Shown here piece by piece: positions 26,954-37,032 of a stretch of 64,000 nucleotides of DNA. The DNA is taken from assembly GCA_965230535.1 (NCBI GenBank), contig OZ246010.1:48637-112636 (forward strand). The letters are read 5' to 3'. This DNA comes from Parvicellaceae bacterium (lineage in GTDB: Bacteria; Bacteroidota; Bacteroidia; Flavobacteriales_D; JAUILH01). The stretch's first letter is position 1. Each line of letters opens with the position of its first letter. A program made the translations under genes and the position numbers. The notes below the pieces were generated by a model. That model was not told the DNA's origin and ran no database searches. It was given only the letters and a program-made list of their open reading frames with translations.

Positions 26954-29900
26954 CTATTGCTTTACTACCCTCCTAACAACTCTTCCAGTATCACCTGACA
27001 CAACTATGTAGTAGATTCCTTTAACATGCTCATTTAAATTGATTTGAATTGATTTGCCTGACATGTTTCTTGAATAGATTTCCTGACCAATTGAGTTAAG
27101 AACAGACACCTGATACTTTCCTGTTGCTCCTTCAATGTTCAACATGAAATCATCTGTAAAAGGATTCGGATAAACCTGAATCTGATTGTCACTTAACTCT
27201 TCCAAGCCAACCGAATTGATGTTGTGACAACTGGATGTGTCCGAACAAATACCATCTGTCAACACAAGTGCATAGTTTCCATTTGCACTGGCCGTGAATG
27301 ATTGTCCGGTTTCTCCTGAAATAGCAGCATAATTATTATCACAATCCACCCATTGGTAACTCACTCCAGACTGAACAGCTGTTAAGGTAATTCCAGAGGC
27401 AGTCACATTCGTATCGATATTAATTACAGTTAAGTCCAGCGTCAACACACTGTCACAGCCAGCAGCATTCGGAATGGTATCCATATAAATTCCGGTAGCA
27501 CTGTAAGTCATTCCATCATGCGCCCAAACATAATCCCCACAGGACGTAATGGTTTCTGTACTGGAACTAGAGTTATTGACAGTTAAATTGATTGTAATCA
27601 CACTATCACAGCCAACTACATTTGGAATGGTGTCCATATAAACTCCACTACTCGTATATACTTCATCTCCCGACGGTACGGTATAACTGTCGCACTCAAC
27701 CAATGTTATTGAAGATGAACTGGAGTTATTAATTGTTAGGTTAATCGTGAGCACACTATCACACCCAGCCACATTTGGGATGGTATCCATATAAACCCCA
27801 GATGTAGTATATGTTTCATCTCCACTAGGTACGGTATAACTATCACACTCAACCAATGTTATAGAAGACGTACTGGAGTTGTTGATTGTTAAGTTAATAG
27901 TGATCACACTATCACACCCAACCGCATTCGGAAGCGTATCCATATAAACACCAGATGTGGTATAAGTTTCATCTCCACTTGGAACGGTATAACTATCACA
28001 CTCAACCAAAGTCATGGAAGATGCACTGGAGTTGTTAATTGTTAAATTGATTGTAATGACGCTATCACATCCAGCTACATTTGGAATGGTATCCATATAT
28101 ACACCAGATGTGGTATAAGTTTCATCTCCACTTGGAACGGTATAACTATCGCACTCAACCAAAGTCATGGAAGACGTACTGGAATTGTTAATTGTTAAGT
28201 TAATCGTGATTACACTGTCACAACCAGTAGAGTTTGGAATGGTGTCCATATATACACCGGTACTTGTATAAGTCTCGTCACCGGATGGCACGGTATAACT
28301 ATCGCACTCTACTAAAGTCAATGTTGAAGTAGAAGAATAATTGATTGTAAGATTTATAGTTAAGACACTGTCGCAACCAACTGCATTTGGAAGTGTATCC
28401 ATGTAAACGCCACTTGTTGTATAAGTCTCATCTCCACTTGGCACTGTGTAAGTATTGCATTCTATTACATTGATGCTGTTTGTAGTAGAATGGTTAACCG
28501 TCAAGTTAACTGTAATCACACTGTCGCAACCAACTGCATTCGGAATGGTATCCATATAAACACCACTTGTTGTGTAGGCCTCATCTCCACTTGGAACTGT
28601 ATAGCTATCACAAACCGTCGTAGTAATTGAAGAACTCGTTCCGTAAATCATGCTTAGATTAATGGTGATGATACTGTCGCAACCACCTACATTAGGAATG
28701 GTATCCGTATACACACCACTAACTGTGTAAGTCTCGTCTCCACTTGGAACGATATAAGCGTCACACTCAGTAAGCGTAATGCTTGAAGATGTTTGCAAAC
28801 AGCCTCCTAATTCGTATGCTCCCAAATCTACAGCTCCATTTCTTGTTGCGAATCTTTGGTCCAGAGTTGGCGAAAAAGTAGAACTTCCATTGTTAATCGC
28901 ATCACTCAAAGGATTTACAAGCGCAATGGTTGGTGTTGTCCCCCCGTTATTCAGAGGTCCCAGAGGATCTAAACCAGGATTGGAACTGTAAGTCCATCCC
29001 GGAGTATAAGATGTCCCATGCTCTACCAAATTGTTAGACACATCAAAGGCAAAACCAAAGTTTTCCCATCTCACATCTTCAGATCCGGCATCCGCCAGGT
29101 TATTATAGATAATATTGTTATGAAGTATTCTTGGACCAACACCTGTGTATACATAGATACCTCCTCCTCTGCTCCAGGTAGCACCTCCAGATATTTCGTT
29201 ATTCGCAATGGTATTATTCACAAGTCTAATTGAATCTACATGACCAATCAATGCACCTCCTCCACGCGCAGTGTTGCCAGAGCTCGTTTGCATGGTGTTG
29301 CCATATATGGTTGTGTTTTCCATCAAAAGATAATCTCCGCCCGTAGAAGAATGAAAACCACCGCCTTCTGCAATTCCTGTAATAGTAGATCCGGAATTAT
29401 TCATAATTGTAGTTCTGGTTAGGTAAGTATCTCCCTGGCCTATGGAAATACCACCTCCAAAGCAACTACCACTTCCCGCCGTAACGGCACCAGAATTTGA
29501 TCGCACAATACATTCGTCAATGATCGCTGATCCGGCACTGTTATAGAAACCTCCACCTAAAGCCTGAGCGCCTGCGGTGGAAATGTGGTTATTTTCTATT
29601 AGGCATTTTCTTACGGATAAGGTAGCATTGGCATCTCCCTCAATACAAAATCCACCGCCCCTGCATTGTCCGGAACCTGTTGAACTAAAAGTATGGTTCG
29701 TGAATGAGCAATTCTCAATAGTCAAATCTAAAGGGTAAATAGATGCTCCGCTTCCGAAAATCCCTCCACCTTTTCGAGCACTCGAATTGGTTCCTGTTAC
29801 CAAGTTTTGATCAAAAGTACAGTTGCTTACAGTAGCAGCCGATCCCAAAAAACGGATTGCGCCTGCTACGGCATCTCCTGAATTGGTTTTTCTAACCTCA

Positions 29901-30493
29901 TTCTTCACAAATGTGCAATTGTCTATAATAATCGTATTGACTGATGTGTTTCCAAATGAGATACTGATAGCACCTCCACCAAAATTTCCATTCAGGGCCA
30001 AATTGCCATAAAAACTGCAATTATAGATTTCGGTGTTACCGGTGTAATGATTGTTTACCGCTCCTCCGGCACCAGCTTGGTTATTTTGGAAATGACAAGC
30101 GAACAAAGTCAGGTTACCTGTTTGGTCAACATTAATGGCACCACCCGAGTTACTAATTACACCGTCAATAAATCTAATACCTTCAATGTAAACCTCATTA
30201 TCTATCTCGAGACAACGTATTGCGCCACCTCCACTAATAATGGTGCTTAAACTGTCGTTACCTATAACCACCAGATCTTTATTAATGGTTACCTGACTAC
30301 TCAGTACAATAGTATTTCCATCAGTGGATACATCAAAGCGAATGGTATCATTGGCACTTGCATCCAGTACAGCCTGTCTGAAACTTCCCGCTCCGGAATT
30401 GGCCGAATTGGTCACAGTAATTGTGCTTGAAAATGACGATGAACCCACCAGCAGCAACGTGAGCCCAAAGATTAAGTGTTGAATTGTTTTCAT
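26954..30493 (-). CDS. secreted right-handed beta-helix protein with nine 51-aa Cys-pair repeats and a T9SS C-terminal sorting domain
   Basis: Signal peptide 'MKTIQHLIFGLTLLLVGSSS'. Many 'GGAI/GGGF..N.S' PbH1-like turns. Repeat unit 'ECDSYTVPSGDETYTTSGVYMDTIPNxxGCDSVITINLT'. C-terminal domain 'QVYPNPFTDDFMLNIEG...GIYYIVV'. Confidence 0.8.
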   Translation of the reverse strand: MKTIQHLIFGLTLLLVGSSSFSSTITVTNSANSGAGSFRQAVLDASANDTIRFDVSTDGNTIVLSSQVTINKDLVVIGNDSLSTIISGGGAIRCLEIDNEVYIEGIRFIDGVISNSGGAINVDQTGNLTLFACHFQNNQAGAGGAVNNHYTGNTEIYNCSFYGNLALNGNFGGGAISISFGNTSVNTIIIDNCTFVKNEVRKTNSGDAVAGAIRFLGSAATVSNCTFDQNLVTGTNSSARKGGGIFGSGASIYPLDLTIENCSFTNHTFSSTGSGQCRGGGFCIEGDANATLSVRKCLIENNHISTAGAQALGGGFYNSAGSAIIDECIVRSNSGAVTAGSGSCFGGGISIGQGDTYLTRTTIMNNSGSTITGIAEGGGFHSSTGGDYLLMENTTIYGNTMQTSSGNTARGGGALIGHVDSIRLVNNTIANNEISGGATWSRGGGIYVYTGVGPRILHNNIIYNNLADAGSEDVRWENFGFAFDVSNNLVEHGTSYTPGWTYSSNPGLDPLGPLNNGGTTPTIALVNPLSDAINNGSSTFSPTLDQRFATRNGAVDLGAYELGGCLQTSSSITLTECDAYIVPSGDETYTVSGVYTDTIPNVGGCDSIITINLSMIYGTSSSITTTVCDSYTVPSGDEAYTTSGVYMDTIPNAVGCDSVITVNLTVNHSTTNSINVIECNTYTVPSGDETYTTSGVYMDTLPNAVGCDSVLTINLTINYSSTSTLTLVECDSYTVPSGDETYTSTGVYMDTIPNSTGCDSVITINLTINNSSTSSMTLVECDSYTVPSGDETYTTSGVYMDTIPNVAGCDSVITINLTINNSSASSMTLVECDSYTVPSGDETYTTSGVYMDTLPNAVGCDSVITINLTINNSSTSSITLVECDSYTVPSGDETYTTSGVYMDTIPNVAGCDSVLTINLTINNSSSSSITLVECDSYTVPSGDEVYTSSGVYMDTIPNVVGCDSVITINLTVNNSSSSTETITSCGDYVWAHDGMTYSATGIYMDTIPNAAGCDSVLTLDLTVINIDTNVTASGITLTAVQSGVSYQWVDCDNNYAAISGETGQSFTASANGNYALVLTDGICSDTSSCHNINSVGLEELSDNQIQVYPNPFTDDFMLNIEGATGKYQVSVLNSIGQEIYSRNMSGKSIQINLNEHVKGIYYIVVSGDTGRVVRRVVKQ
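27411..28790 (-). repeat. nine tandem 153-bp (51-codon) coding repeats
   Basis: The string 'tataagtttcatctccacttggaacggtataactatc' recurs at 27961 and 28114, giving a period of 153 nt. Internal copies are the most similar. Confidence 0.85.
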
Positions 30494-30573
30494 GGTCGAT
30501 TTGTTTACCACAAAGAACTTTCATCTTTCAACTCAAATCAACCGCATAAAGATGCGGGCCTTACCATATGTAA

Positions 30574-31218
30574 TTAGAAAAATAAACTCCTTATCTCGCC
30601 GGAAAACGACTTTTTGATCAGCTCTGCCTTGCTGTTAATCTGAAGTTTGGTATAAATGTTTCTGATATGATGTCTGACCGTATTAATTGAGATTCCCATG
30701 CGGTCTGCTATCAACTTATAACTCAGGCCATCCACCACACATTGCACCACCTGATGCTCCTTTGCGCTCAATGCATTTTCTGAACTTTGCTTGACAGGAT
30801 TAAAATGCTGAATGACTTTTCTGGCAATACTTGGTGTCATCGGAGAACCTCCGACCATCACTGTTTGAACAGCCTGGTGCAATTCCTGAAGCGGGGTGTT
30901 TTTAGCCAAATAACCAACTGCTCCGGCACACAATGCTTTAAAGATATTGTCGGTATCTGTATACACTGAGATCATCACAAATTGTACATCCGGCAGTTTG
31001 GCTTTGATCAAGCCTATCCCTTCGATCCCGGTTTTTCCGGGCAGACCGATATCCGAGACAATCACATCAATTGCTGGCTCACTGGCTTCATAACGTGTCA
31101 TGAAGTCTTCAACACTTTCTGCACTTAACACCAACTCAATGTCATCCATGGTTTGCAGATACTTCTCCTGCCCCAATCGTATTGCTGTGATATCTTCGAT
31201 TAATGCGACTTTGATCAT
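30574..31218 (-). CDS. NarL/LuxR-family response regulator
   Basis: REC domain 'VIVSDIGLPGKTG'. C-terminal HTH 'LSAKEHQVVQCVVDGLSYKLIADRMGISINTVRHHIRNIYTKL'. Start moved to MIKVALIED. Confidence 0.85.
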   Translation of the reverse strand: MIKVALIEDITAIRLGQEKYLQTMDDIELVLSAESVEDFMTRYEASEPAIDVIVSDIGLPGKTGIEGIGLIKAKLPDVQFVMISVYTDTDNIFKALCAGAVGYLAKNTPLQELHQAVQTVMVGGSPMTPSIARKVIQHFNPVKQSSENALSAKEHQVVQCVVDGLSYKLIADRMGISINTVRHHIRNIYTKLQINSKAELIKKSFSGEIRSLFF

Positions 31219-31306
31219 GTTACAAAAGTAGATCAATTTAAAATCTCATGAAACTGCATATTAATGCGGCCTGATCTTCAGTTGAATAATTACTATTTTC
31301 GTTTCC

Positions 31307-34300
31307 GTGAGCGCCCGATTACTTCTTTCCGTCTTTCTGTGTTTTTCCTTTCTGGGAGCGCATGCTCAGGACTATTATTTTAGAGTGAATCAGCTCAACA
31401 TGTCAGACGGTCTATCGTTTAGACATGCCACCTGCGTTGTACAGGACAATCAAGGCTATATGTGGATTGGAACCAGAAATGGTCTGAATCGGTTCGATGG
31501 TTATGAGTTTGTTCATTTTACCACACACAGCGAAAAAGGCATTCCTTCACTATCCGGCAACTATATTCATGATTTGGACATTGACGCTTCCGGAAACATT
31601 TGGATTGCCACAAATTCGGGATTAGATGTTTTAGATCCTGTTAACTATAACATTCAGTCCTATTCACCTCAAAGCGTTTTCAACAACAAGAAAGGGATTA
31701 AAACCATTGATGAAATCACAATTACCAAAGAAAGTGGCCGGATTTTCATTCATTCTCACCAATACCAAAGATTTGATCGTTTCTACAATACAGTTGAATA
31801 CAAAAACTCCAAGTTTCATGACCTGATCTTTAGCGATAACAGCTCAAATCAATATGAATATATCGCCAACGTTTTTGAGGACGAAGACAAAGCTCTGTGG
31901 GCCAGACCAGCTTATTCCAAAACCTTTTTTAAGCTTAACGATCAATACAAGATTATTGAAAGCTACAACTTACCTGATTCTATAGGAGACCATAGTTTAT
32001 CCAACGTAAGCTCACCAAGTGAAGCAGAACTAAAGAACAGTGGACCTTACAAACGCAATCTGGAATTCATCAGACACAATTCAAAGTTTGAATTGATTGG
32101 GTCCTTCTGCGATTCTCATGAAACGTTTATGATCAAAGGGAACCTTAAAGAAGGATTTTCCTGTATCCATGAAGACATTGGCATTGAAGGCAGACACATG
32201 CCTATAAACGATTTTGTTGACAGAGACGGAGATTTATGGATGATGCTTGACGAAACCATGTATGTCATGTCCGGAGAGCAGGCAAATAAAATTCCAACGA
32301 GCCAGATCAATTTATCTCAGGATGCCGTCACCTACTTTTACCAAAGTCGGGATGGAACTATATGGATTACCACAAACTTTGGTGTATACCGGGTTTTCAA
32401 AGAACCTAACCCTTTCAAATTCTATCTCAACACCAAAGAAAACGAAAAGGGCTACGGGCAGAGTATTCGTGCCATAGAACAAGCTTCAGACAAGATCTGT
32501 TATGCCAGTGTTGTCCATGACGGCATATGGAAAACAAACCTCACCAGTGCTGAGACGGAACAGATTCTTGGCGCTAATCACGACAATGGTTCCAAAAACT
32601 ACAGTATCCTACCCTACGCCATGCATTATAATTCCGGAATGCTCTGGCTATGTAATTGGTTTGACGAAGGCGTTCTCAAGTTTGATTTAGAAACCGGAGA
32701 ACTTGATCACATTCATTGCGAAGAAAACCTTGAAGGTTTTGCCAGATCAATGGTTTACGACAATAAAACTGAAAGACTGTGGATTGGTACCGATCATGGA
32801 CTCAATATCCTGGATTTGAAAACAGAAGTGCTTTCCAGGTTCACTCCGACATCAAATGCAAAGTTCTTTAATCAACTGGATTTTTCTGCATTGTTGTTGA
32901 ACGATTCTAAAGAAGTCTGGCTGGGAACAAGAGAAAGCGGACTTTTTAAATTGGTAGGAAACGACTTTTCTCTGATAGCAAATAAAGAAAGTGGCTTGAG
33001 TGATAACTCCATCCTATCAATATATGAGTATGGGGATTATCTGTGGATTGGCACATCCTCCGGACTGAACAGGCTCGACATAGAGAGTGGGAACATTGTT
33101 TCGTACACCACTCAGCATGGACTTCCGAACAACCACATTAATGCCATAACTGAGATGAATGGTTTTATTTGGCTAAGCACCAACAAAGGGCTGTGCAAGT
33201 TCAATATTGAAACAGAAAGCGGATCGAGCTACTATAAAGAAGATGGCTTAATCCATGAAGAGTTCAATTACAGCTCTTCCAGAAAGTTGGACAATGGCAA
33301 CATCCTGTTTGGCGGAATGAACGGCATAATTGAAGTCTCCAAAACCAGACAACCAACCACTCAAAGCAATTCAAAAATCATCCTTACAGGCTATGAGAAA
33401 TCTGATTTTCAGGAAAGCTCACAGCTGATCAATGGCGCTGATTTGATTAAAAACGGGATTGATCTTTACCATAACGACAAATCCTTCAGTTTTAAGTTTG
33501 CACTTCTGGACTTGTTCTCATCAAAACACATCAAATACAAATACAAGCTGGAGGGCTACGACGACAACTGGACCCTGATAGGTTCTGAAAACAAAGTTAG
33601 ATTCAACAAACTTCCTCCGGGAGACTACACATTCAGAGTAAAAGCACTTGGTAAAAATGGTGTTTGGAGTGAGCACGAACTCAAGATTCCTATCCGTGTA
33701 CATCAGGTCTTCTATAAAACATGGTGGTTTATTTCTCTAGTCGTTTTGGCGGTGCTGCTACTCTTCTATACCGTATATCGCATTCGTGTGAATCAGATTG
33801 AAAAGATGGCTCAATTGCGTGTTAAGATCGCGAGCGACCTACATGATGACGTGGGCAGCATGTTGACTCAAATTGCTATGCAAAGCGAACTGGTGGGCGC
33901 TAAGGCGTATAATGAAGACGAAGAAAAGGAAGAGATTCTTAAAATAGCAAAAAGCAGTCGTGAAGCCGTAAATACCATGAGTGATGTAGTTTGGTCTATA
34001 GATTCCAGACAAGATAAACTAGTGGATTTACTGGACAGAATGAAAGATTATGCCGGAGACGCTTTGTCAAGAGCCGGTATCGAGATGAACTTCCAGTTTG
34101 AAGGAGGTTCTCAGGCAAATCAACACCTCAAGCCACAATTCAGGCAAAACGTCTACTTAGTCTTTAAAGAAGCCATTAACAATGTCGTAAAACACAGCAA
34201 CGCCGAGCAGGTTGACATACTCATCTCCAGCACCAAACAAACATTTAAAATGACGATCAAAGACAATGGCAGTTTGAGTAAAAATGAAGGTCGTCAGGCT

Positions 34301-34399
34301 GGCCAGGGATTAAAAAACATGAAACTAAGAGCAAGCCAAATCAAAGGCGAATTGGAGCTCAACACTTCAGATGGTTACGAAATCACATTATCCGTTTAG
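31307..34399 (+). CDS. sensor histidine kinase with periplasmic beta-propeller/Y_Y_Y domain (HisKA_3 type)
   Basis: Repeated 'WIGT..GL..' propeller motifs, one TM (WWFISLVVLAVLLLFYTVY), H-box 'ASDLHDDVGSMLTQI', and HATPase 'NNVVKHS...DNG'. GTG start. Confidence 0.8.
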   Translation: MSARLLLSVFLCFSFLGAHAQDYYFRVNQLNMSDGLSFRHATCVVQDNQGYMWIGTRNGLNRFDGYEFVHFTTHSEKGIPSLSGNYIHDLDIDASGNIWIATNSGLDVLDPVNYNIQSYSPQSVFNNKKGIKTIDEITITKESGRIFIHSHQYQRFDRFYNTVEYKNSKFHDLIFSDNSSNQYEYIANVFEDEDKALWARPAYSKTFFKLNDQYKIIESYNLPDSIGDHSLSNVSSPSEAELKNSGPYKRNLEFIRHNSKFELIGSFCDSHETFMIKGNLKEGFSCIHEDIGIEGRHMPINDFVDRDGDLWMMLDETMYVMSGEQANKIPTSQINLSQDAVTYFYQSRDGTIWITTNFGVYRVFKEPNPFKFYLNTKENEKGYGQSIRAIEQASDKICYASVVHDGIWKTNLTSAETEQILGANHDNGSKNYSILPYAMHYNSGMLWLCNWFDEGVLKFDLETGELDHIHCEENLEGFARSMVYDNKTERLWIGTDHGLNILDLKTEVLSRFTPTSNAKFFNQLDFSALLLNDSKEVWLGTRESGLFKLVGNDFSLIANKESGLSDNSILSIYEYGDYLWIGTSSGLNRLDIESGNIVSYTTQHGLPNNHINAITEMNGFIWLSTNKGLCKFNIETESGSSYYKEDGLIHEEFNYSSSRKLDNGNILFGGMNGIIEVSKTRQPTTQSNSKIILTGYEKSDFQESSQLINGADLIKNGIDLYHNDKSFSFKFALLDLFSSKHIKYKYKLEGYDDNWTLIGSENKVRFNKLPPGDYTFRVKALGKNGVWSEHELKIPIRVHQVFYKTWWFISLVVLAVLLLFYTVYRIRVNQIEKMAQLRVKIASDLHDDVGSMLTQIAMQSELVGAKAYNEDEEKEEILKIAKSSREAVNTMSDVVWSIDSRQDKLVDLLDRMKDYAGDALSRAGIEMNFQFEGGSQANQHLKPQFRQNVYLVFKEAINNVVKHSNAEQVDILISSTKQTFKMTIKDNGSLSKNEGRQAGQGLKNMKLRASQIKGELELNTSDGYEITLSV

Positions 34400-35839
34400 C
34401 TAGTACACCAACAAACGCATCTCACTCATCTCTTCCATGGCATAACGCAGACCTTCTTTACCAACTCCCGAATCTTTGACACCTCCGTACGGCATTCCAT
34501 CCACTCTGAAACCGGGCACACCATTAATTATGACACCGCCAACTTCTAAGGTATCGTGAGCCAAAGACATATGCTCAATTTTACTTGTAAAAACGCCTGC
34601 CTGTAAACCATATTTGGATTGATTCACCAGATTTAATGCCTCAGAGAAATTGTCTGCTTTCTCCAAAATTACCACTGGACCGAAAACTTCCTCTTTATAA
34701 ATCGTCGAGTCATTGGTGACATTCTCCAGAATAGTTGGTTCGTATACATTGGCCGCTTCATTAAAGACTTCACCACCTGCTACAAGACCAGCACCATCTT
34801 TTAATGCGTCATGAACCCAATCGTGGATTCTATGAACATGTTCTTTGGAAATAATTGGTCCGTTTACAACCTGAGCATCTGTTGACTCTCCGGAAACCAC
34901 CGTTTTCAACTCTTGTAACAAAGCTTCTTTAAAAGTCTCGTAAAGCGATGAATGCACCACAACTCTTTGGGTAGAAATACAAATTTGTCCAGCGTACAAA
35001 AAAGCACCAACTGCCACAGATTTAGCGACAGAAAACACGTCTACACCTTCATCTATCACCACTGAAGCATTGCCTCCCAATTCAAGAGCAACTTTCTTCT
35101 TTGGCACAAGAGATTTCAGCTTCCAACCAATCAAATCGCTTCCGGTAAAAGACAACATTTTGAAACTGTCTTCTTCGACAAACTTCTGCGCCAGGTTATT
35201 ATTACAAAGCACCAGATTAAAAGCACCTTTCGGCAAATCGGTTTCATCAATCATTTTTGCCAAAATCAATGAACTAAATGGCGTTTGTAAGGCTGGCTTT
35301 AAAACAACAGAGCATCCTGCTGCAATGGCTGCCGCTACTTTATGCAAAACCAGATTTAGTGGAAAATTGAATGGCGTGATGCAAAGTACCGGTCCAATTG
35401 GATACGGTTTTGTGTAAGCACGTCTCCCCTGTCCGGCATCATAATCTATATTGATTGTTTCGCCGGTAAATTCGAGTGCCTGAGCCGCTGCCAATTCCAA
35501 AGTCCGTACACTTCTATTCATTTCTGCTCTGGCGTAGGAAATTGGTTTTCCGGCTTCTAAAGCAATGATATGAGCAACTTCATCTGATTTAGCCTCTAGT
35601 TTTGCAGCCAATGTTTTCAGAACCTGAGACCGTTGATGCGCAGACGTCTTTTTCATCCTGTCAAACCCTGAATTTACTGAGTCAACGACATCCTGAAACG
35701 CCTCTTCTCCTAACGTATTTACAGAAGCCAATACAGTTCCATCGTTCTTGTTGAGTACTTCCAAAGCTGTTGAGGTTCCCGCCTTGTACTGACCATCATA
35801 ATAATTTGCCAGTTCAAATAAACTCTGATCAATTTCCAT
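34400..35839 (-). CDS. NAD(P)-dependent aldehyde dehydrogenase
   Basis: 'ELGGNA' and the catalytic Cys in 'GQICISTQR'. Start moved to ATG 35839 (MEIDQSL). Confidence 0.85.
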   Translation of the reverse strand: MEIDQSLFELANYYDGQYKAGTSTALEVLNKNDGTVLASVNTLGEEAFQDVVDSVNSGFDRMKKTSAHQRSQVLKTLAAKLEAKSDEVAHIIALEAGKPISYARAEMNRSVRTLELAAAQALEFTGETINIDYDAGQGRRAYTKPYPIGPVLCITPFNFPLNLVLHKVAAAIAAGCSVVLKPALQTPFSSLILAKMIDETDLPKGAFNLVLCNNNLAQKFVEEDSFKMLSFTGSDLIGWKLKSLVPKKKVALELGGNASVVIDEGVDVFSVAKSVAVGAFLYAGQICISTQRVVVHSSLYETFKEALLQELKTVVSGESTDAQVVNGPIISKEHVHRIHDWVHDALKDGAGLVAGGEVFNEAANVYEPTILENVTNDSTIYKEEVFGPVVILEKADNFSEALNLVNQSKYGLQAGVFTSKIEHMSLAHDTLEVGGVIINGVPGFRVDGMPYGGVKDSGVGKEGLRYAMEEMSEMRLLVY

Positions 35840-35898
35840 GATTCTAAGGTAAGTAAATATAGACATACACTTGCATTGGTGTTGTCTAGATTAAGTAG

Positions 35899-35954
35899 TC
35901 ATTTCAACCAGCATTGAAAGAAGTCAGGAGATTTCTCCGCTACGGTCGAAATGA
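35899..35954 (-). promoter_or_regulatory. nested stem-loop in the aldehyde dehydrogenase 5' leader
   Basis: An 11-bp outer stem (tcatttcGacc / ggtTgaaatga) is fully paired only on the minus-strand RNA, through a G:U. The inner hairpin is ggagaaatctcc. No U-run follows. Confidence 0.35.
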
Positions 35955-35994
35955 TTTCAGGGTGTATTGACAAGGAAATTCCAGGACGGTATAA

Positions 35995-36024
35995 ACAAAA
36001 AACGCCCCAATATTGGAGCGTTTT
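35995..36024 (-). terminator. terminator of 36043-36456
   Basis: The minus strand reads aaaACGCTCCAAtaTTGGGGCGTtttttt. Confidence 0.6.
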
Positions 36025-36042
36025 AATTTGAATCGGGAATTT

Positions 36043-36456
36043 CTAATGCCTTCCCCAGGCTGCTACCAGAGCACGACCATTGCCATTTGGAATGGTTCTG
36101 TAGTTAAACGTGATTTTTTTGATGATTCTTTTGTTTCCTGGCAAGTCCAGCACGCGAGACTCGGTGCCTTTTGCGAATTTCCTATTGATCTTGAAATTAT
36201 CTGAAGTTCCGTTAGCGTAGTGCACTTTTACATTCAATACATGTATTGGTGCTTTCATGACCTTGAATTTTACCGCAGTAAACACACCTTCTTTGATGGT
36301 AACCGGAATGACATCATGATCCCCTTTGATGTTGACCACTTTTTGTCCAAGTCTATCCCACTTATGCTTCTGAATCTTAGCTTTTGTCGGTACAGTAAAA
36401 GACATTAAGCTCACTGCCAAACCGATGAATAAGGTAAATAAAATAGATTTCTTCAT
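36043..36456 (-). CDS. hypothetical secreted protein
   Basis: Signal peptide 'MKKSILFTLFIGLAVSLMSF'. No confident family assignment. Confidence 0.55.
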   Translation of the reverse strand: MKKSILFTLFIGLAVSLMSFTVPTKAKIQKHKWDRLGQKVVNIKGDHDVIPVTIKEGVFTAVKFKVMKAPIHVLNVKVHYANGTSDNFKINRKFAKGTESRVLDLPGNKRIIKKITFNYRTIPNGNGRALVAAWGRH

Positions 36457-36506
36457 GTTTGTTTTATTTTGGTTATGGCTCTTTGACACACCAAAATAAA
36501 AAAGGT

Positions 36507-37010
36507 TTAATCCTCAGAAATATTTATGATGTTTTTTCCTGAAGATTGCCACGACATGAAGCCTTCTTCCAAATTATACACATTGTTGTATCCCATGCTA
36601 ATTAAGCTGTCCGCAGCTTCAGCACTTCTTCCGCCTCCATGACAATATACATAGACAGATTTATCTTTGGAAATGCCATTTTCTACTTTAGATTTGAAAT
36701 CTTCATCATACCAATCGATGGTTAAAGCACTGCTATCGATCACACCATTCTCCTTCCATTCACTTTCTGTTCTTACGTCCAGAATTACAGCATTTGGATC
36801 TTCAACAAATAATGCAAATTCTTCCACATTTAAATCTCTGAACCCAAGTTCAATTTGCTCTTCTGTACCCTCTTCAGATTCTTCAGGAGATTCCTGACCA
36901 GCTTCACTCGTTTCTTTCTTGTCCTTACCCTCCTTGTCTTCTTCCTTCTCTCCACAAGAGAACAGCATTGGAGCCACAAGCAACATGGCCAGAATTGTCT
37001 TTTTATTCAT
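36507..37010 (-). CDS. rhodanese-domain lipoprotein
   Basis: Lipobox 'LFSCG', an acidic linker, and rhodanese loop 'YVYCHGGGRSAEAA'. Confidence 0.75.
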   Translation of the reverse strand: MNKKTILAMLLVAPMLFSCGEKEEDKEGKDKKETSEAGQESPEESEEGTEEQIELGFRDLNVEEFALFVEDPNAVILDVRTESEWKENGVIDSSALTIDWYDEDFKSKVENGISKDKSVYVYCHGGGRSAEAADSLISMGYNNVYNLEEGFMSWQSSGKNIINISED

Positions 37011-37032
37011 AATAATTCGTTTTGGTTTATTT

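Noticed and set aside
27411-28790. A regular 153-bp repeat array that might be mistaken for a CRISPR or satellite array
   Set aside because: The repeats are contiguous with no unique spacers. They lie in frame inside a 1179-codon ORF and encode a conserved 51-aa module, so they are a coding tandem repeat.
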